Position numbers and translations under genes: made by a program
Source of the DNA: Myxococcales bacterium
Lineage (GTDB): Bacteria > Myxococcota_A > UBA9042 > JABWCM01 > BTVJ01
Assembly: GCA_045863395.1 (NCBI GenBank)
Contig: BTVJ01000080.1
Location: forward strand, 1-34,102
Reading direction: 5' to 3'
DNA length: 34,102 nt
Shown here: one piece after another, positions 24,747-33,432 of the stretch
Layout: every line of letters begins with the position of its first letter
Numbering within the stretch: position 1 is the stretch's first letter
Notes under the pieces: generated by a model
The model's input: the letters and a program-made list of their open reading frames with translations, nothing else
Databases searched by the model: none
Told to the model about the DNA's origin: nothing

Positions 24747-26027
24747 GTGGAGCGTCAACGCGTCGTCGTCGTGGGGGGCGGGTTTGCGGGGCTCAACTGC
24801 GTGCGTGCGCTGCGGGGGGCGCCGGTAGAGATCACGGTCGTCGACCGCAACAATCACCACCTGTTTCAGCCGCTGCTCTACCAGGTCGCCATGGCGGGGC
24901 TGTCTCCGGCGGACATCGCGTCGCCCATCCGGTCCGTCCTGCGCCGCCAGGCCAACGCGCGGGTGATCCTCGGGGAGGCCGTCGACGTGGATCTGGTGCG
25001 GCGGCGCCTGATCCTGCGGGATGGTGAGGTCCCGTATGATCGGCTGGTGGTGGCGGCCGGGGCGGTCACGAGCTGGTTCGGGCACGATGAGTGGGCGTGG
25101 GTGGCGCCGGGGCTCAAGGAGATCGAGGACGCCCTGGAGATCCGGCGCCGTGTGCTCGTCGCCTTCGAGGAGGCGGAGCGGGAGCCTGACGTCGAGCGGC
25201 GGCGTGAGCTGCTGACCTTCGTCGTCATCGGTGGCGGACCGACGGGGGTGGAGCTGGCCGGGTCCCTGGCGGAGCTCGCCCGTGTGGTCGTCGCGCGCGA
25301 CTTTCGCGTCATCGACCCGCGGCAGGCCCGCATCGTGCTGGTGGAGGCCGCGCCTCGTGTGCTGACCACCTTTCCGGAGGAGCTGTCGGAGGCGGCGCGC
25401 GGAGACCTGGCTCGTCTTGGCGTCGAGGTCCGCACGGCCACGCGCGTTCTCGCCATCGAGCACGACCGGGTGCGGCTGTCGGACGGTGAGCTGCGGTCCA
25501 AGACCATCCTGTGGGGCGCCGGGGTGCGGGCGAGCCCGCTGGCGGCGCGTCTCGGGGCCGTCGACCGGGGAGGGCGGGTCCTCGTGGAGCCGGACCTGAC
25601 GCTTCCGGGACACCCCGAGGTCCACGTCATTGGGGACATGGCGGCGGTCGCCAAGGGCGGGCCCCTTCCGGGCATCGCGCCGGTGGCCATCCAGCAGGGG
25701 CGCTACGCGGGACGGGCGATTCGGGAGGCGGCGCTGGGGCGGCCGGTCGTGGGGCCGTTCCGCTACCGCGACAAGGGCGCCATGGCGACCATCGGCCGCA
25801 AGGCGGCGGTCGCCGTGGTGGGGAGGCTCAGGCTGAGGGGGCTCGTCGCGTGGGTGGCGTGGCTGCTCATCCACATCATGTACCTCGTAGGCTTCAAGAA
25901 CCGCCTCGCCGTGCTCATGGGCTGGTGGTACTCCTACGTGACCTGGCGCCGGGGGGCTCGCTTGATCACGGGTGACCGCATGAAAGCAGGCCCACCCGAG
26001 GAGTCGCGGGGCCGAGAGGTCGACTGA
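24747..26027 (+). CDS. ndh: Type II NADH:quinone oxidoreductase
   Basis: VVVGGGFAG, HLFQPLLYQVA, GGGPTGVELAG, IGD, APVAIQQG and FRYRDKGAMATIGR motifs; GTG start behind GGAGG. Confidence 0.93.
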   Translation: MERQRVVVVGGGFAGLNCVRALRGAPVEITVVDRNNHHLFQPLLYQVAMAGLSPADIASPIRSVLRRQANARVILGEAVDVDLVRRRLILRDGEVPYDRLVVAAGAVTSWFGHDEWAWVAPGLKEIEDALEIRRRVLVAFEEAEREPDVERRRELLTFVVIGGGPTGVELAGSLAELARVVVARDFRVIDPRQARIVLVEAAPRVLTTFPEELSEAARGDLARLGVEVRTATRVLAIEHDRVRLSDGELRSKTILWGAGVRASPLAARLGAVDRGGRVLVEPDLTLPGHPEVHVIGDMAAVAKGGPLPGIAPVAIQQGRYAGRAIREAALGRPVVGPFRYRDKGAMATIGRKAAVAVVGRLRLRGLVAWVAWLLIHIMYLVGFKNRLAVLMGWWYSYVTWRRGARLITGDRMKAGPPEESRGREVD

Positions 26028-26152
26028 CGACGGCGGGGCTCCTTGCGCCTTGAAGGCTTGCACGGCGCACGAAGTCGACGCATTCTCCACCCGCTCAGCA
26101 ACAATGTGACCAAGACCTGCCCGGAACGTCCCAGGGCAACGGAGGAGATGGA

Positions 26153-26995
26153 ATGGATGAGTTCATCGCGTCGGCCAGCACCATTGGCCTCGACATCGGG
26201 TTGAAGGTCCTCGGCGCCATCGCCGTGTGGGTGATAGGCCAGAAGATCATCGGCCTTGCCCAGCGCCTGCTGCGCGCCACCGTGGACCGGCGCCACTTCG
26301 AGCCCACGCTTGCCCGCTACCTGGTGTCCGCCGCGGGCGTGGGCCTCAACCTGCTGCTCGTGGTGACCGTCCTCGGCGTGTTCGGCGTCGATACGACCAG
26401 CTTCGCCGCCCTGTTCGCCGCCGCGGGCGTCGCCATCGGCATGGCATGGTCGGGCCTGCTCTCCAACTTTGCCGCGGGGCTCATGATGATCATCCTGCGC
26501 CCCTTCAAGTCCGGCGACTTCGTCGAGGTGGCGGGGCAGCTCGGCACAGTCCAGGAGGTCGGCATGTTCGTCACCGGGATCGACACCATGGACAACGTGC
26601 GCACCATCATTGGAAATGCGCAGGTCTTCGGCGGAATCATCCGGAACTTCTCCGCCAACCCCGTGCGCCGCGTCGACTGCGTCGCGCAGCTCGCCCACGG
26701 GGCCGACCACGGGCGCGCCATCGACGCGCTGCGGGCGGCGCTGGTGGCGCTCCCGCACGTAGCCAAGGACCCCTCGCCGGTCGTCGAGATCGTCGACTTC
26801 ACGCTGGCGGGACCGGTCCTGGCGGTGCGCCCGTTCACCCACACGGACCACTACTGGGACGTCTACTTCGCTACGAACAAGGCCATCCGTGAGGAGCTGG
26901 GCAAGCTCGGGCTGCCCGTCCCGGAGACGCACCACAAGGTCGATGGGGGCGAGCTGGTCGTCGCAGGCGCGCGGACGGCCGGACGCGTCAACTGA
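26153..26995 (+). CDS. mscS: Small-conductance mechanosensitive channel
   Basis: Three TM helices, then AAAGVAIGMA..LSNFAAG..RPFKSGDFVEV..GTVQEVG. Confidence 0.92.
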   Translation: MDEFIASASTIGLDIGLKVLGAIAVWVIGQKIIGLAQRLLRATVDRRHFEPTLARYLVSAAGVGLNLLLVVTVLGVFGVDTTSFAALFAAAGVAIGMAWSGLLSNFAAGLMMIILRPFKSGDFVEVAGQLGTVQEVGMFVTGIDTMDNVRTIIGNAQVFGGIIRNFSANPVRRVDCVAQLAHGADHGRAIDALRAALVALPHVAKDPSPVVEIVDFTLAGPVLAVRPFTHTDHYWDVYFATNKAIREELGKLGLPVPETHHKVDGGELVVAGARTAGRVN

Positions 26996-27011
26996 GCGGC
27001 GGTCGTCGGGC

Positions 27012-27962
27012 GTGGCGCCGCGGGCCGAGGTGGGGGGAGCTGCGAGCCGCGACCGCAGCGTGCCGCGTCCGTCCCTGACGCGCGCCGTCGGCCTGATGCT
27101 CCTCGCATCGGCCTGCTTCGCGGGCATGGGGGCGCTCGTGAAGGTCGCATCTGCGGACGCCTCGTTCCTGCTCGTCGTGCTCGTGCGCAGCGCGGTCATC
27201 GTGGTCGTGACGGTCGCCCTCGTGCGCTTTCGTCGCGCTCCGTGGCGCGCCCGCAACCGCCCCCTCATGCTCTGGCGGTCTCTCACGGGCTTCACCGCCA
27301 TGTGCTGCTACTTCTTCGCGGTGGGGGAGCTGCCCCTGTCGACGGCGATCACCATCCAGTACACGGCGCCGGTGTTCGTTGCGCTGCTCGCCCCCGTGGT
27401 CGTGGGGGAGCGGCTGCCGCGCGGCGGCATCGTGCTCGTGCTTGGGGCCTTCGGTGGCGCCGCGCTCGTGCTGTCTCCCGAGGCGAGCTCGCTGAACCCG
27501 GGCGTCGTCGCGGGCACGGCCTCGGCGGTCCTCGCCGCCTTCGCCTACCTCGCGGTGCGGGCGCTGCGCGCCACGGACCAGCCCGAGACCATCGTGCTGC
27601 ACTTCTCGGTGTTCTCGGTGCTGGCGTCCCTGCCGGGCCTCGTCTGGGCGGACCCCGTCTCCTGGGAGACGCTGTGGGTGCTCATCGGTGTGGGCGTCCT
27701 GGCCGCGGGCGGGCAGCTCGGCATGACCTACGCCTTCCGCTTCGGGCCCGCAGCCACGGTGAGCGCGTTCTCGTACTCCACCGTCCTCTTCGGGGCGGTG
27801 GTGGGCGTCACCGTGTTCGACGATCCGGCGCCTGCCCACTCCGTCGTGGGGACGGCCTTGGTCATCGCCGCAGGGGCAGCGCTCTCGGCGCTGACGCGGG
27901 AGCGGCCCGCGTCTCCCCCGGGGGCGGCGGGGCCCCCCGAGCCCAGCGAGGGGGCGCGCTGA
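27012..27962 (+). CDS. DMT/EamA-family transporter (start uncertain: 27012, 27060 or 27096)
   Basis: About 10 hydrophobic segments in two repeats; LPLSTAITIQYTAPVFVALLAP..GER; AFSYSTVLF. Confidence 0.88.
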   Translation: MAPRAEVGGAASRDRSVPRPSLTRAVGLMLLASACFAGMGALVKVASADASFLLVVLVRSAVIVVVTVALVRFRRAPWRARNRPLMLWRSLTGFTAMCCYFFAVGELPLSTAITIQYTAPVFVALLAPVVVGERLPRGGIVLVLGAFGGAALVLSPEASSLNPGVVAGTASAVLAAFAYLAVRALRATDQPETIVLHFSVFSVLASLPGLVWADPVSWETLWVLIGVGVLAAGGQLGMTYAFRFGPAATVSAFSYSTVLFGAVVGVTVFDDPAPAHSVVGTALVIAAGAALSALTRERPASPPGAAGPPEPSEGAR

Positions 27963-28699
27963 CAGGGGTCACAGCGCCGCGATGCGGTCGCGCACGGCGG
28001 GGTCCGGGAGGGGGTGGGAGGGGCCGGGAGGGGGCGGGAGAGCAGGTGGGCGGCCAGCGCACTGCGGTGCGGGTCGGCGACGCGACCGGCGAAGCAGGCC
28101 ACGAGGGCGTCGTTCTTGGGGGGGCAAGGCCGCCGGCGAGCCGCCGCCGTCCGCCTCCTGGGCGCCGCTGTCGCACTGCTCGGCGCCCACGACCACGCAG
28201 TCCCCGCAGACCTCCAGCGGGATGAGGCTCGCCGCACACTCGACGGTGACGTGCTGTGCGCTCAACGGCGCCTCCACCACGACGTGCCGGGTCAGCGGGG
28301 CAAGCGCCTCGTTGCGCGGGAGGACGTCGGACCTGCCGACTCGCACAGCGAGGCGGCGCCGTCGAAGGCGTCCACCAGCAGGGCCTCGCCGGGCCGCCAG
28401 CGGGGACGCAGCGGCTGGCGAGTGGACAAGCTATCTCCGCACGGGCCCAATGCCCCCGGTGCCGCTCGTCTCGGGTCCGGCGTCTGAGCGGGGCGAGGGC
28501 CGCATTGCACACGAACAATGCTCCCGGAGGTAGAGACCTCACGGTCAGCGGTCACCACCGTCATGTGGGTGGTGTTGGGCATCGCTGACCCTGTCGGTGC
28601 CACTGCGGAGGGGGACGAGGTGCGGTATGATGTGGTGTTGGATTGTGTGGAGGTGGTCGGGGCCTTGCGGGTGTCCGAGGGCGCGGAGCGGCAGGACGG

Positions 28700-28726
28700 T
28701 GTAACGAGGCGGTGGCTTCGTGCGTC
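28700..28726 (+). promoter_or_regulatory. ECF-sigma-type promoter upstream of the metallothionein/ECF pair
   Basis: TGTAAC (28700-28705), 17-nt spacer, CGTC (28723-28726), the classic AAC/CGT ECF architecture. Confidence 0.65.
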
Positions 28727-28810
28727 AGCCCGGACGAGAGCGCGGCGGGCCCACGGTGGGCGGCCTCGCGAGAGCACTACGGGCGGCGTCGCCGCCTTGG
28801 AGGACCGACC

Positions 28811-28948
28811 ATGAGCGAGAACCAGAGCGAGAAGAGCTGCTGCTGCAACCCCTCCCCCTGCCAGTGCGCCCCGTGCGCCTGCGAGTGCAAGCCGGCCCAG
28901 CAGACCGGCTGCCAGTGCAACCCCTGCTCCTGCTGCGCGGCGCGGTGA
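28811..28948 (+). CDS. Metallothionein-like peptide, 45 aa with 13 Cys
   Basis: MSENQSEKSCCCNPSPCQCAPCACECKPAQQTGCQCNPCSCCAAR*; GGAGG RBS just upstream of the ATG; nearly all codons end in G/C; no aromatic or His residues. Confidence 0.8.
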   Translation: MSENQSEKSCCCNPSPCQCAPCACECKPAQQTGCQCNPCSCCAAR

Positions 28949-29029
28949 GCCCCGACCCCGCCGCGCCGGGTGCGCCCGGAGCGGCGGGGGAGGCTCGCGT
29001 GTCCCACACGGATGAATCGGAGGAGAGAC

Positions 29030-29623
29030 ATGAGCACCGTGCAGTCGGCCCTGAGCGGGCCCATCGAGATCGACGACGCGCCCGGCGAGTCACGGATGAG
29101 CGACGCGGCCGCGGCGACTCTCGTTGGCCACCACCGGCGGTTCCTGACGTTCCTGGAGAACCGCGTCGGCAGCGCGGCGGATGCGGAGGAGATCCTCCAG
29201 AGTGCGTACCTGAAGGGCGCCTCCGCGGCCGACCCGCCCGAGGGCGAGGGGGTCGTCACGTGGTTCTACCGCATCCTCCGCAACGCGGTCATCGATCACT
29301 ACCGCCGCCGGGACGCGGAGAGACGGGCGCTGGACAGGAGCGCCCGGGAGGTCGAGGCGCCGAGCGAGCAGGAGCTACACGACACGGCCTGTGAGTGCAT
29401 CCTGGACGTGCTGGCGAGCCTGAAGGGCGAGTACGCCACAATCCTGCGGCGCGTGGACGTGGACGAGCAGGCAATCGCCGACGTCGCCGCCGAGCAGGCC
29501 ATCTCCTCGGCCAACGCCCGCGTCCGCCTGCACCGGGCCCGCGCCGCCCTGCGCACCGAGCTGATCGCCGCGTGCGGAGCGTGCGGCGACGGCGGCTTCC
29601 GCGACTGTGCCTGCGTGGGGTGA
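29030..29623 (+). CDS. ECF sigma factor, CorE-like (metal-responsive, C-terminal Cys-rich domain)
   Basis: Region 2 (DAEEILQSAYLK..TWFYRILRNAVIDHYRRR), linker CxC (ACECI), region 4 (NARVRLHRARAALR), tail CGACGDGGFRDCAC; GGAGG RBS. Confidence 0.85.
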   Translation: MSTVQSALSGPIEIDDAPGESRMSDAAAATLVGHHRRFLTFLENRVGSAADAEEILQSAYLKGASAADPPEGEGVVTWFYRILRNAVIDHYRRRDAERRALDRSAREVEAPSEQELHDTACECILDVLASLKGEYATILRRVDVDEQAIADVAAEQAISSANARVRLHRARAALRTELIAACGACGDGGFRDCACVG

Positions 29624-29683
29624 GTCGGTGCCCAGCGCGCCTTCGGGCCCGTCCGGCCGGGGGCAGCCGAGCCCGCTGTGCCC

Positions 29684-31774
29684 TCACTCCAGCAGCCACC
29701 CGGCGCCGTTGCCCGGGTGGACGTTCGGGCACATGACGGCGACGCGGGTTCCGGTCCAGATGGCGTCCACCTGGGCATAGACGCTGGGGATGCCCGTGTG
29801 CACCTGGGAGACGATGATCTGGCCCGTCACGGGCTCCAGGGTGACAAGCTCCATGACCGCCTCGCCCTGGGTGCCGTTCGGGAAGGGCTCCACGCAGAAG
29901 GGCTTCTTGTGGTAGCGCGCCATGGCGACGGAGTAGCGGCCCTCGGGGCGAACCGCGATGGCGCCGCGGTGGCCGGCGCCGATGACGTGGCCGCAGAGCA
30001 CGGGCGAGGGAGCGCCGAGCCATTGGCCGCTCGGCGAGAGGCGCAGCACGGCGGCCATCACGTTGCTCGGGGTCTTGTCGCACAGGCCCGTCCCCTGCCC
30101 GCTGACCAGGACGCCGAACTCACCCAGCGCCTGGTTCCACACGATGTCGTGGCCCGACCCGTTGGTGCCCATGCCCGAGGGGCAGCCCGGGGTGGCCCCG
30201 AGGACCAGGCCGGTGGTCAGGTCGACCACCGCGGCGCCCCACGTGGTCTCGCCGTATACGAGCCCCGCGAGCGTGCCGCCCTCGTTGACCGCCAGGCTTG
30301 GGTGGGCGGCGTCCGTGCCCTCGCTGACCGTCACGACGCCGCCGTCGCCCCACGTCAGGTCGGGCGTGCCGTCAGCGGTGAAGCGGGCGAGGAGCAGGCG
30401 CTCCGAGGGGCCCACCTCCCAGGCCGCGAGCCAGGCCGTGCCGGTCCAGGCCAGCGCGGGGCCCTGGCTGAGGTGCGTGCCTGCGCCCGGAGGATCCACG
30501 GAGGTTGGGCCGCTGACGAGCTTGCCCTCGCCGTCCACCGTGTAGAACCAGAGGCGGTCCGACGACGTGGAAGGCCGAGCCACCGCGAACACCGTGCCGT
30601 TGGTCGCCAGCGCCGGCGTGTAGAAGGGAGGCCAGGCGGGGTCGCCGAGCGCCGCGGGCTCCAGCGAGGGGTTGAGGGTCGCCAGCCGCACGGCGGGCAG
30701 GACGAGGTTGCCCGCCTCGTCGATGCGCTCTAGCCACTCCTGCTCGTGGTAGAGGGCCGCGACCGTCGCGCCAGGCCCCCGGACCACCGTCACACCGTAG
30801 GAGTCTCCTTTGCCGCCCGTACCGACCACCTTGCCGAAGGGCACGGTGGAGGCGGGTGTGGCGCAGGGCGCGTCGTCGGGGTAGGGGAGGGCCGCAGGGC
30901 AGGGGATCTCGGCGCCCGACGGGCACTCCTGCTCGTTGCACGGCTCGTTCGTGGCGGTGGGGCCGTCGCACGGCGTGCCGCCGCATGACGGGGGCGGGCT
31001 CGTGCAGGTGCGGCTGCCCGTCCGCGTGCCGCCAGCGCAGGGCTTGTCGCAGGGGCCAAAGGACCAGGGTGAGAAGCCGCCGTCCACCGGGTCGCAGCCT
31101 CCCGGGACGCAGACGCCCGCCTTGCACGTGCCGGGCTCGGGCGCGGCGCACGGCATGCCGTCGATGGGGGTGTGCGTCACGGTGCCGCCGGCGCAGGCGT
31201 CGTCGGTGCAGGGGTTGTCGTCGTCCACGGGGACCGGGGTGCCGAGGCAGGTCTTGAACTCCAGCTCCTGGCAGGTGTCGCCCGTGGTGCATGGGTTGCC
31301 GTCGCTGCAGGAGTTGCCCGGCACGAACACCGCCGCCACGCAGCCGGACTTCTGGCTGCAGGTGAAGGTCCAGCAGGGCTGGGCGGCCTGCTCCGCGGCG
31401 CAATCCGCCTGGACGCCCGTGGGCACGCAGAGGCCGGCGGCGCACACGTCGATGGAGCAGAGGTCCGCGTCCAGGTCGCAGGGCGCGCCGTCCGGTGCGC
31501 CCGCGCAGGGGCCCTGGGGGCCGGTGTCCGGGGCTGCGTCGGGGCCGGCGTCGGTGGTCGCGTCCGGAGCGCTCGCGTCCGCTGTCGCGCCATCTTCTCC
31601 CGTGCCTGCGTCCTGGGTGGCGTCCGAGGCGTCCTGGTTCGGCCCCACGTCCACGCCGGACGGGACATCGCCGCCCCAGGCGTGGGTGTCACTGGCCGCG
31701 TCCACGGCACCGGCGCCCGTGTCCGCGTCGGCACAGGCGGCCAGGACCACGCACATCATCGCGATTCGCTTCAT
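29684..31774 (-). CDS. Cys-rich lipoprotein with CTDC-type repeats, a thrombospondin type-1 repeat and a C-terminal beta-rich domain
   Basis: Lipobox MKRIAMMCVVLAAC; Asp/Ala/Gly linker; CSDGNPCTTGDTC and DDDNPCTDDAC repeats; PVDGGFSPWSFGPCDKPCAGGTRTGSRTCTSPPPSCGGTPC..PCNEQEC. Confidence 0.85.
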   Translation of the reverse strand: MKRIAMMCVVLAACADADTGAGAVDAASDTHAWGGDVPSGVDVGPNQDASDATQDAGTGEDGATADASAPDATTDAGPDAAPDTGPQGPCAGAPDGAPCDLDADLCSIDVCAAGLCVPTGVQADCAAEQAAQPCWTFTCSQKSGCVAAVFVPGNSCSDGNPCTTGDTCQELEFKTCLGTPVPVDDDNPCTDDACAGGTVTHTPIDGMPCAAPEPGTCKAGVCVPGGCDPVDGGFSPWSFGPCDKPCAGGTRTGSRTCTSPPPSCGGTPCDGPTATNEPCNEQECPSGAEIPCPAALPYPDDAPCATPASTVPFGKVVGTGGKGDSYGVTVVRGPGATVAALYHEQEWLERIDEAGNLVLPAVRLATLNPSLEPAALGDPAWPPFYTPALATNGTVFAVARPSTSSDRLWFYTVDGEGKLVSGPTSVDPPGAGTHLSQGPALAWTGTAWLAAWEVGPSERLLLARFTADGTPDLTWGDGGVVTVSEGTDAAHPSLAVNEGGTLAGLVYGETTWGAAVVDLTTGLVLGATPGCPSGMGTNGSGHDIVWNQALGEFGVLVSGQGTGLCDKTPSNVMAAVLRLSPSGQWLGAPSPVLCGHVIGAGHRGAIAVRPEGRYSVAMARYHKKPFCVEPFPNGTQGEAVMELVTLEPVTGQIIVSQVHTGIPSVYAQVDAIWTGTRVAVMCPNVHPGNGAGWLLE

Positions 31775-31891
31775 GGAGGCTCCCCTCGGGCGGCGGTGTC
31801 GAGCGCTCCCCACTCCGTCGGGGGAGGCGTGCGGCACCCGGAGGCGCCCCTTATACCACTCAGTCGGCGGTCAGGAACATGGGTAGAGGGG

Positions 31892-32287
31892 CTACTCGGG
31901 GAAGCTGACCTCGGCCACGGACGGGCCGTTGATCACGAAGATGCGCTCGTTGTTGCTGTCGGGATCGGTCGGGTACACGTAGAAGCCCTTCTGCTGGGGC
32001 GAGTAGGACTGGGTGATGCCGAAGAGCTCCTCGCCGTCGGCGAAGCGGACCACGACGCGGCGGCCGGGGCGCGTGCCGAGCGCCGGGAAGGTCTTCTTCT
32101 CCTTGTGGAAGGGGCGGCCGTCCCAGTACTTGACGTAGTAGATGGCCTTGAGCTCCGTGAGCGCCACCGGGGCGTTGTCGCGCTTGCCCAGGCTGCGGAT
32201 GTGGAACTGATCTCGGAGGGGTGAGAAGTCGTTGGACTGCCCCTTGACGACCCGTCCGTCCGTATACCGCACGATCATTCGCTCCAT
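31892..32287 (-). CDS. Conserved hypothetical protein (DUF6982-like) with an internal two-fold repeat
   Basis: MIVRYTDGRVVKG..FSP and VVVRFADGEELFG..YSP; GFYVYPTDPDSNNERIFV; strong codon bias. Confidence 0.7.
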   Translation of the reverse strand: MERMIVRYTDGRVVKGQSNDFSPLRDQFHIRSLGKRDNAPVALTELKAIYYVKYWDGRPFHKEKKTFPALGTRPGRRVVVRFADGEELFGITQSYSPQQKGFYVYPTDPDSNNERIFVINGPSVAEVSFPE

Positions 32288-32481
32288 GCTGACCGCCTCG
32301 GGGGAGTGAAGTGCCTCCGCAAGTCTGGACGGGCCCGCCTGCGGCGTCAAGGGTGCTCGACGCCCGGGGGTGCCCTGGCCTATGCTCGCCGGGCGACCGT
32401 CATGCGGGGGCGGGGTCCGCGTTGGGACCGCTGGGTGGTCGGGCGGATGATCGCGCCCCTGGCGCTTGGAGAGGTGCAGCG

Positions 32482-33315
32482 ATGCGTGTGGTCTGCATGG
32501 CCGTGATGGCGATGCTGCTTGGGTGCGGGGACGAGGCGATCACCGGCGGCGGGGAGTCGGGGACCAACATCAAGTGCCCGATCCCGCTCCCCCAGGAGGG
32601 CGACGACGCAGGTGGCGCCGACGGGGGCTCGGACGTGGCCATGGTGCCCGACGTCGCGGGCGGACCAGGCCCGCTCGGCGCGGGGGAGGCGCTCCTCGTC
32701 GGCGAGTGGCGGGACTGCGGGGGCGTGTGGAGCCTGAACAAGGACGGCTCGTGGACCTGGCGGGGCGCCTACATGGACTGCGACGTCAAGGGCACGGCGG
32801 CCTTCGCGGACGGCCACCTGGACGTGGTGGTCACCGAAGACACGTGCTTCGGCGCCAAAGACTGGATGACCACGGGCCTCGCCGTGTCCTTCAACGGCAA
32901 CACCATGGCGCTCGTGTCCGACGCCATCCGCCTGCGCGTGAAGCTGCTGACCCACGGCGCGCTGACACGTAAGGTGTGGGACGTGAGCGCGGGCGGCACG
33001 CTGACGCAGCTCGCGCTCTGTACGCTGCCGAGCGGTGCGTTCTTCGACGGGGGCTACCGCACCCTGGACGGCTCCTGCCAGCCTCTGTCCTGCGGTGGCG
33101 GCGTCAACGGCCTCAAGCCCTTCCCCAAGGAGGACGGCGGCGTGGACACCCACATCTGGCTGAGCTGCTCCGGGTGGTGTCCGTGCTCGTCGTTGATCAT
33201 CGTGACGGAGGAGACGCCGACCACCCTCGCAGGGTCCTACGCGGGTGGCAACTGCCAGGGCGCCACGGAGGGGGCCTTCACCGCCGTGCCCGGGAGCTAC
33301 CCCGAGGGCTTCTGA
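32482..33315 (+). CDS. Hypothetical Cys-containing lipoprotein
   Basis: Lipobox MRVVCMAVMAMLLGC; GGAGAGG RBS; GC3-biased frame. Confidence 0.75.
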   Translation: MRVVCMAVMAMLLGCGDEAITGGGESGTNIKCPIPLPQEGDDAGGADGGSDVAMVPDVAGGPGPLGAGEALLVGEWRDCGGVWSLNKDGSWTWRGAYMDCDVKGTAAFADGHLDVVVTEDTCFGAKDWMTTGLAVSFNGNTMALVSDAIRLRVKLLTHGALTRKVWDVSAGGTLTQLALCTLPSGAFFDGGYRTLDGSCQPLSCGGGVNGLKPFPKEDGGVDTHIWLSCSGWCPCSSLIIVTEETPTTLAGSYAGGNCQGATEGAFTAVPGSYPEGF

Positions 33316-33432
33316 GCCTCGACGGGGGTGGCGGAAGCACCGCGGGTGGGTTCGCGCCGGCTCGACATCGCACTGCGCACGGGCTACGGTGGATCCCATT
33401 GATCGACCAATCTTCCGGGTGGAGGACGTGCG

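Noticed and set aside
20891..26027. G-ending codon preference in this block versus C-ending in uvrA and mscS, as a sign of horizontal transfer or chimerism
   Set aside because: Judged by eye only; no mobility genes or boundary repeats, and gene-to-gene variation could explain it.
21122..26090. Very long antisense ORFs (946 aa, 933 aa) and similar ones across the window
   Set aside because: Shadow ORFs expected opposite GC3-biased genes in high-GC DNA; no recognisable motifs.
28643..28810. N-terminal 56 codons of the 101-aa ORF containing the Cys-rich peptide
   Set aside because: They span the ECF promoter and RBS; ATG 28811 is the supported start.
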